A DNA stretch of 37,836 nt from Nitrospirota bacterium (lineage in GTDB: Bacteria; Nitrospirota; Thermodesulfovibrionia; Thermodesulfovibrionales; Dissulfurispiraceae): NCBI GenBank assembly GCA_037446295.1, contig JBBIIV010000002.1, positions 1 to 37,836 of the forward strand, written 5' to 3'. Below, one piece after another: positions 33,367-37,836 of the stretch (the stretch's first letter is position 1; each line of letters begins with the position of its first letter). The notes beneath the pieces are model-generated. The model saw nothing but the letters and a program-made list of their open reading frames with translations, was not told where the DNA came from and searched no databases. The translations under genes were made by a program, and so were the position numbers.

Positions 33367-33606
33367 AGAGTCTGTTCATAAATTGCTGTTTTTTATTTTT
33401 GTCATGCCCGAAGCCTGCCCTCGAAGTTTGTAGTCGGGGGTCCTTAGTCGGGCATCCAGAGATAAGGAATTGGATTCCCACTTTCGCGGGAACCACTGGA
33501 TTCCTGCTCCCTGCTTACTGCCTGCAGGGACAAGCTTCGCAGGAATGACAGCCTTTTATACCAATGAGATTTTATAAACAGACTCTAAATAAAGTCTGTT
33601 TATAAA
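33367..33606. mobile_element. MITE-like non-autonomous element with terminal inverted repeats and internal GTCATTCC-type palindromes
   Basis: AGAGTCTGTTCATAAA (33367-33382) pairs with TTTATAAACAGACTCT (33571-33586), 15 of 16 complementary. A third copy (33593-33606) forms a hairpin with the right end. The GC-rich interior contains nested palindromes (ATGCCCGA/TCGGGCAT, and on the minus strand GTCATTCCTGC...GCAGGAATCC). There is no ORF. Confidence 0.5.
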
Positions 33607-33704
33607 ATCAGCTTTTTCATCATTCTCGCTAGCAAATGGAGACGAAATCCTTCTCTCTAGCTAAGGGAATGATTTTGACGATTCTGTTTTAATTAGGTGA
33701 GTTT

Positions 33705-34193
33705 TTGCGGATAATCATTGATGGTTATAATGTTATTGGCGTCTTGCATAATGACATGGAAAAGATAAGAAACAGCTTTATTGAGCTTTTGATTAAATAT
33801 AAGAACCTCAAGCATCATGATATCACAGTAGTTTTTGATGCCTATAAAAGCGGAGATAAATATGAGCAAACAGCTTTCAGCGGTGGGGTAAAAATTATAT
33901 ATACAAAGCTTGGCGAAACTGCTGACGACATGATTAAAAGAATCATTTCGCATGAACAAAGAGAATGGGTAGTTATCTCCACTGACAGAGATTTAACAAA
34001 ATATACATGGTCTGTAAATTCTGTCCCTGTGCCGTCAAGTTTTTTTTTAGATATCCTTGAGATAGGTATCCAGCCTAAAAGGTTAAACGGTGAAGATGAA
34101 GACGATACCGTTGAGATTAAACCATTGAAAGGAAGCCCATTCAGGCTATCCCGCAAAGACAAGGCGTTAAAAAGGGTTATTGGCAAGTTGTAG
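33705..34193 (+). CDS. NYN-domain (YacP/Rae1-like) predicted RNase
   Basis: TTG start preceded by AGGTGA. IIIDGYNVIG, VVFDA, IYTKLGETADDMIKRI and VVISTDRDL match the YacP-like NYN pattern. Confidence 0.7.
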   Translation: MRIIIDGYNVIGVLHNDMEKIRNSFIELLIKYKNLKHHDITVVFDAYKSGDKYEQTAFSGGVKIIYTKLGETADDMIKRIISHEQREWVVISTDRDLTKYTWSVNSVPVPSSFFLDILEIGIQPKRLNGEDEDDTVEIKPLKGSPFRLSRKDKALKRVIGKL

Positions 34194-34225
34194 TATCATA
34201 TAAATTAACTTAGGAGGCATAGAAA

Positions 34226-35419
34226 ATGGTTTCTCAAAGGGCTATGAATGTTAAACCTTCGCCAACTCTCGCAATGGATGCAAAAGCTAAGGCAATGAAG
34301 GCAAAAGGCATTGATATTGTGAATTTTGGCGTTGGCGAACCCGATTATGATACGCCAGAACACATTAAGGATGCGGCAATAAAGGCTATCAAGGAAGGGT
34401 TTACTAAATACACCCCTGTTGGCGGTATCGATGAGCTAAAAGATGCAATCATACAGAAACTGAAAAAAGATAATAATCTCCAATTTACAAGGGAAGAGAT
34501 ATTAGTCTCTTGCGGCGCTAAACACAGTCTTTATAATGTCGCACAAGCCCTTTACAACCCTAAGGATGAGGTCATTATCCCTTCTCCTTTCTGGGTTTCA
34601 TATCCTGATCAGACATTATTGAATGACGCTGTCCCTGTTTTTGTAGAGACATATGAAAAAGACAACTTCATGTTAAAACCAGAGGCTCTTGAAGCTAAAA
34701 TTACTAATAAAACACGAGCTCTTATACTTAATTCACCATCTAACCCAACAGGCTTTACATATAATGAAGAAACGCTTAAAGCTATATCCAAAATTGCGCT
34801 GAAATATAACTTATTTATCATCTCTGATGAGATATATGAAAAGTTTGTCTATGATAATACCAAACACATAAGTATAGCCTCATTCGGAGATGATATTAAG
34901 GAGAAAGTTATCGTAATTAATGGACTTTCCAAATCTCATGCAATGACCGGATGGCGTATAGGTTATGCCGCAGGACCCAAGGACATTATAAAGGCAATGA
35001 CCAACATACAAAGCCAGTCAACATCCAATCCAACATCAATTGCACAAAAAGCAGCTCTAGCGGGGTTAACTGAAAGCCAGGATTTTATGGTTGAAATGAT
35101 CCATGAGTTTGACAGAAGGAGAAGCTTTCTTGTCAAGGGGCTAAACTCGATTCAAGGCATCACTTGTCTAAAACCAGACGGAGCCTTCTATGTATTTCCT
35201 AATGTTTCTATGCTATATGGGCGCAAGACGGCACAAGGGCAACCAATCAATTCATCAATTGATTTTGCTTTATATCTTCTAGAAACTGCAAATGTGGCAT
35301 TGGTTCACGGAGGAGCATTTGGGAGCGATGCCCATATAAGGCTTTCCTACGCCACATCGATGGAAAACATCCAAAAGGGGTTAGAAAGAATAAGAGATGC
35401 GGTGTCAAGACTGAAATAA
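34226..35419 (+). CDS. aspartate/aromatic aminotransferase, PLP-dependent class I
   Basis: NFGVGEPDYDTPEHI, NSPSNPTG, and the PLP-lysine motif NGLSKSHAMTGWRIGY. RBS TAGGAGG lies upstream. Confidence 0.9.
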   Translation: MVSQRAMNVKPSPTLAMDAKAKAMKAKGIDIVNFGVGEPDYDTPEHIKDAAIKAIKEGFTKYTPVGGIDELKDAIIQKLKKDNNLQFTREEILVSCGAKHSLYNVAQALYNPKDEVIIPSPFWVSYPDQTLLNDAVPVFVETYEKDNFMLKPEALEAKITNKTRALILNSPSNPTGFTYNEETLKAISKIALKYNLFIISDEIYEKFVYDNTKHISIASFGDDIKEKVIVINGLSKSHAMTGWRIGYAAGPKDIIKAMTNIQSQSTSNPTSIAQKAALAGLTESQDFMVEMIHEFDRRRSFLVKGLNSIQGITCLKPDGAFYVFPNVSMLYGRKTAQGQPINSSIDFALYLLETANVALVHGGAFGSDAHIRLSYATSMENIQKGLERIRDAVSRLK

Positions 35420-35475
35420 TGATATATAAGCAAGAATTGTTATTAATGGACCTAAACAGATAGAATATAAATCCC

Positions 35476-36366
35476 ATGACATTAGAGAAACTTCGCAGCG
35501 GGTATGTTTCCATTACAGGTCGGCCCAATGTCGGCAAGTCAACATTGTTGAATACCATATTGGGAGAAAAGATAGCGATTGTAACACCTAAACCTCAGAC
35601 GACAAGAAACAGGATTATAGGGATAAAAAACATGCCTGACTGCCAGATAATATTTATAGATACACCTGGCATTCATAAACCAAAACATATGCTAGGCAAG
35701 ATAATGGTGCGAGAGTCGAGGGAAATTGTTAAAGAGGTTGATGTTATTTTGTTCGTTGTCGAATCCAAAACGCCTGGCAAAGGGGATATTTTCATCCTCA
35801 AAACCCTAGTGGACTTGCAAAAGCCAGTGTTTCTTATAATTAACAAGGTTGATACCATCAGAAAACCTGAACTGCTTCCCATAATTCAAGAATATAACTC
35901 CTTATTTAAATTTAACGAGATTATTCCCATATCTGCTCTCAAAGGCGATGGAGTTGATATTCTTTTAAAGACGATAATAAATTATATCCCTGAGGGTCCT
36001 AAATATTTTCCTGATAACCTTGTGACGGATCAGGTCGAGAGATTTATGGTCTCGGAGATAATCAGAGAGAATATTATAAATATGACAATGGAAGAGGTTC
36101 CGCATTCAGTAGCTGTTGAGATAACCGATTGGCATGAAAGGCAAGACGGTGTGATTTTTATAAAAGCTAATATTTATGTTGAAAGAGAAGGGCAAAAAGG
36201 TATTATAATAGGGAAGGGCGGAGAGAAGTTAAAGGCTGTTGGCAGCCAAACAAGGCTTGAAATAGAGAAATTGCTGTGCGCTAAGGTTTTTCTTGAATTG
36301 TGGGTCAAGGTAAAAAAGGATTGGCGGAGCAATGCACAAGCTCTAAAGGAATTGGGGTTTAGATAA
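35476..36366 (+). CDS. era: GTPase Era
   Basis: G1 GRPNVGKST, G2 TTRN, G3 DTPG, G4 NKVD, and a C-terminal KH domain (IIGKGGEKLK). Confidence 0.93.
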   Translation: MTLEKLRSGYVSITGRPNVGKSTLLNTILGEKIAIVTPKPQTTRNRIIGIKNMPDCQIIFIDTPGIHKPKHMLGKIMVRESREIVKEVDVILFVVESKTPGKGDIFILKTLVDLQKPVFLIINKVDTIRKPELLPIIQEYNSLFKFNEIIPISALKGDGVDILLKTIINYIPEGPKYFPDNLVTDQVERFMVSEIIRENIINMTMEEVPHSVAVEITDWHERQDGVIFIKANIYVEREGQKGIIIGKGGEKLKAVGSQTRLEIEKLLCAKVFLELWVKVKKDWRSNAQALKELGFR

Positions 36367-36368
36367 TT

Positions 36369-36821
36369 ATGTTTATTCAGATGAAGGTTGAGGGTCTGTT
36401 ATTTGACCCCAGAAGTGGAATGTATATACTCCTTTTGCATCAGGTTGATGGCAATGCAACATTGCCTATATGGATAGGCAAACCAGAGGCGGATTCGATA
36501 GCGTTGGCGTTAGGCAAGGTAATAACTCCTCGCCCGCTAACCCATGACCTCATCAAAAATATATTTGACAATCTTAATGTTCATGTAAACAAGGTAATAA
36601 TCACTCAGATAATTGATAATACCTATTATGCTGTAATATGCGCTCAGGATTATCGTGGAGATATAAACATTGACTCAAGGCCATCAGATGCTGTTGCAGT
36701 TGCTGTAAGGGTGCAAGTGCCTATTTTCGTTGATGAGAATGTTCTTGATGCGAGAAAGGCAGACGAGCTTGAAGAATGGCTTAAAAATCTCAAGCCGGAG
36801 GACTTTGGTAATGTCATGTAA
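36369..36821 (+). CDS. bifunctional nuclease family protein (DUF151/BFN)
   Basis: LPIWIGKPEADSIALAL......RPLTHDL and RPSDAVAVAVR motifs. It starts 2 nt after era. Confidence 0.75.
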   Translation: MFIQMKVEGLLFDPRSGMYILLLHQVDGNATLPIWIGKPEADSIALALGKVITPRPLTHDLIKNIFDNLNVHVNKVIITQIIDNTYYAVICAQDYRGDINIDSRPSDAVAVAVRVQVPIFVDENVLDARKADELEEWLKNLKPEDFGNVM

Positions 36822-36855
36822 GTGTTTATCATAGATTCTAAGAAGTCGTTTTAAA

Positions 36856-37599
36856 ATGTTAAAAAAAACCGATGCTATTGTTTTAAGAAATTCATCCTTC
36901 GCTGATGCTGATTTAATCGTCACATATCTAACGCTTAAATTTGGCGTAATAAAAGTATTCGCAAAGAGCCCCAAAAAAATAAAATCAAGGTTTGGCAGTA
37001 GTCTTGAACCCCTGACATATTCCAATATATCCTTTTTCGGAAAGGAGCACTCCGCCCTTCCAAGACTCACTCAGTCTGATATATTAAAACCCTTTCAATC
37101 CCTCAGAGAAGATTTTAAATCCTTGATGCAAATATATGAAATGCTTGATCTCTGCATAACTTTTTTACCTGAAAAAGAGCCAAATGATAAAATTTTTAAA
37201 CTGCTACTCAATACATTGCTAAAGATGGAATCCAGCGGCAACCACAAAATTTGCAGACTTTACTATAAACTTAAATTTCTTGAGATTGTTGGACTCCTTC
37301 CATGTCTTGATGTATGTGCAAAATGCGGGCAGTTATCTGTCAATAAGATGTATCATACATTTTATATCTCGGACGGCTCGCTAATCTGTTGCAGTTGTTC
37401 TAAAAATCAAAAAGACCCCATTATCCTTTCAGATAGTGCAGTCAAATTCTACAGAAGCATCCTTAAGTGGAATCCAGCATTGATTGATAGGATAAAAGCG
37501 CCCGAGAGCCTTTTATCAGAGTTGTTAATTCTTATAAATGCGCATATTAATTATGCAATAGGCTCAAGATCGAGTATGATTAAGACTGTTTTTCATTAG
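36856..37599 (+). CDS. recO: DNA repair protein RecO
   Basis: N-terminal OB-fold pattern (DAIVLRNSSFADADLIVTYLTLKFGVIKVFAKS). Zinc motif C..CG...(n)...C..C (CAKCGQ...CCSC). The era-recO neighbourhood is typical. Confidence 0.85.
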   Translation: MLKKTDAIVLRNSSFADADLIVTYLTLKFGVIKVFAKSPKKIKSRFGSSLEPLTYSNISFFGKEHSALPRLTQSDILKPFQSLREDFKSLMQIYEMLDLCITFLPEKEPNDKIFKLLLNTLLKMESSGNHKICRLYYKLKFLEIVGLLPCLDVCAKCGQLSVNKMYHTFYISDGSLICCSCSKNQKDPIILSDSAVKFYRSILKWNPALIDRIKAPESLLSELLILINAHINYAIGSRSSMIKTVFH

Positions 37600-37836
37600 T
37601 GAAGGGGGGAATTGTCTAATTCCCTATGGCAGTAGAAAGATAAGTTCTGTTTTACGCTTTTTATATAGCGGCTATTGTCAAGGTTTTGAATGCTTATTTT
37701 TGATGGATATGAGTTTGTCTGAATGGTTTTTCGGAGCAACCTTATTTTGATTGTATGTAACCTGATTCGTAAGGGGCAAATTGAAATATAAAAATATATT
37801 TATGGATTGTCTCATTTAAAAATATTTTAAATGGAG

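Noticed and set aside
37607-37624. A hairpin GGGAATT-GTCT-AATTCCC just after the recO stop, considered as a terminator.
   Set aside because: There is no downstream T-tract and the stem is short, so I cannot support an intrinsic terminator call. The remaining 200 bp to the window end show nothing interpretable.
1-37836. I looked for CRISPR arrays, tRNA/rRNA genes, integrases/transposases, toxin-antitoxin pairs and known defence genes.
   Set aside because: I saw no regularly spaced direct repeats, no cloverleaf-like or rRNA-like sequence and no recombinase motifs in any listed ORF. Apart from the two small repeat elements, the window reads as housekeeping and signalling genome.

Overview
This is an AT-rich bacterial chromosomal window with tightly packed genes. 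It looks like core genome of a diderm, probably an anaerobe, and it makes heavy use of sigma-54. It is not an obvious defence or mobile island. I found no rRNA, tRNA, CRISPR array, transposase or integrase.

Gene content, left to right:
- 268-7097 (-): a five-gene operon. It encodes an FmdE-domain/ModE-type HTH fusion, a molybdopterin-binding MoeA-like protein, a lipoprotein with two tandem PhnD-like solute-binding domains, a histidine kinase with a cysteine-rich insert inside its HAMP domain, and a sigma-54 enhancer-binding response regulator.
- 7490-14871 (+): tamB, a five-POTRA bamA-type Omp85 and a SurA-N-like chaperone.
- 14858-15313 (-): a GNAT acetyltransferase.
- 15446-19009 (+): a second kinase and sigma-54 regulator pair, then a near-consensus sigma-54 promoter, a small secreted Lys/Ala/Pro-rich protein and a terminator.
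- 19007-23073 (-): a DUF4390-like gene, an NtrY-like kinase and a third sigma-54 regulator.
- 23188-26451 (+): an adenosine-specific-kinase-family gene, mqnD and an alpha-glucan phosphorylase.
- 26662-32383 (+): a type II secretion-like operon, gspF-H-I-J-K-L-M. It lacks gspG, E, D, C and O.
- 32397-37599 (+): pdxJ, a NYN/YacP-like gene, an aspartate aminotransferase, era, a bifunctional-nuclease-family gene and recO.

Most interesting observations:
- A 55-codon dual-CxxC ORF overlaps the pdxJ stop. It is intact only if an in-frame TGA is decoded, and a GGU-loop hairpin follows the TGA, so it is a candidate small selenoprotein.
- The first kinase carries an eight-cysteine insert inside its HAMP domain.
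- The first operon combines Mo/W-associated domains with a signalling pair.
- The second two-component system appears to have a single target gene driven by the sigma-54 promoter.
- Two MITE/REP-like inverted-repeat elements sit in intergenic DNA.

All functional calls come from motif recognition in the supplied translations. No database search was run.
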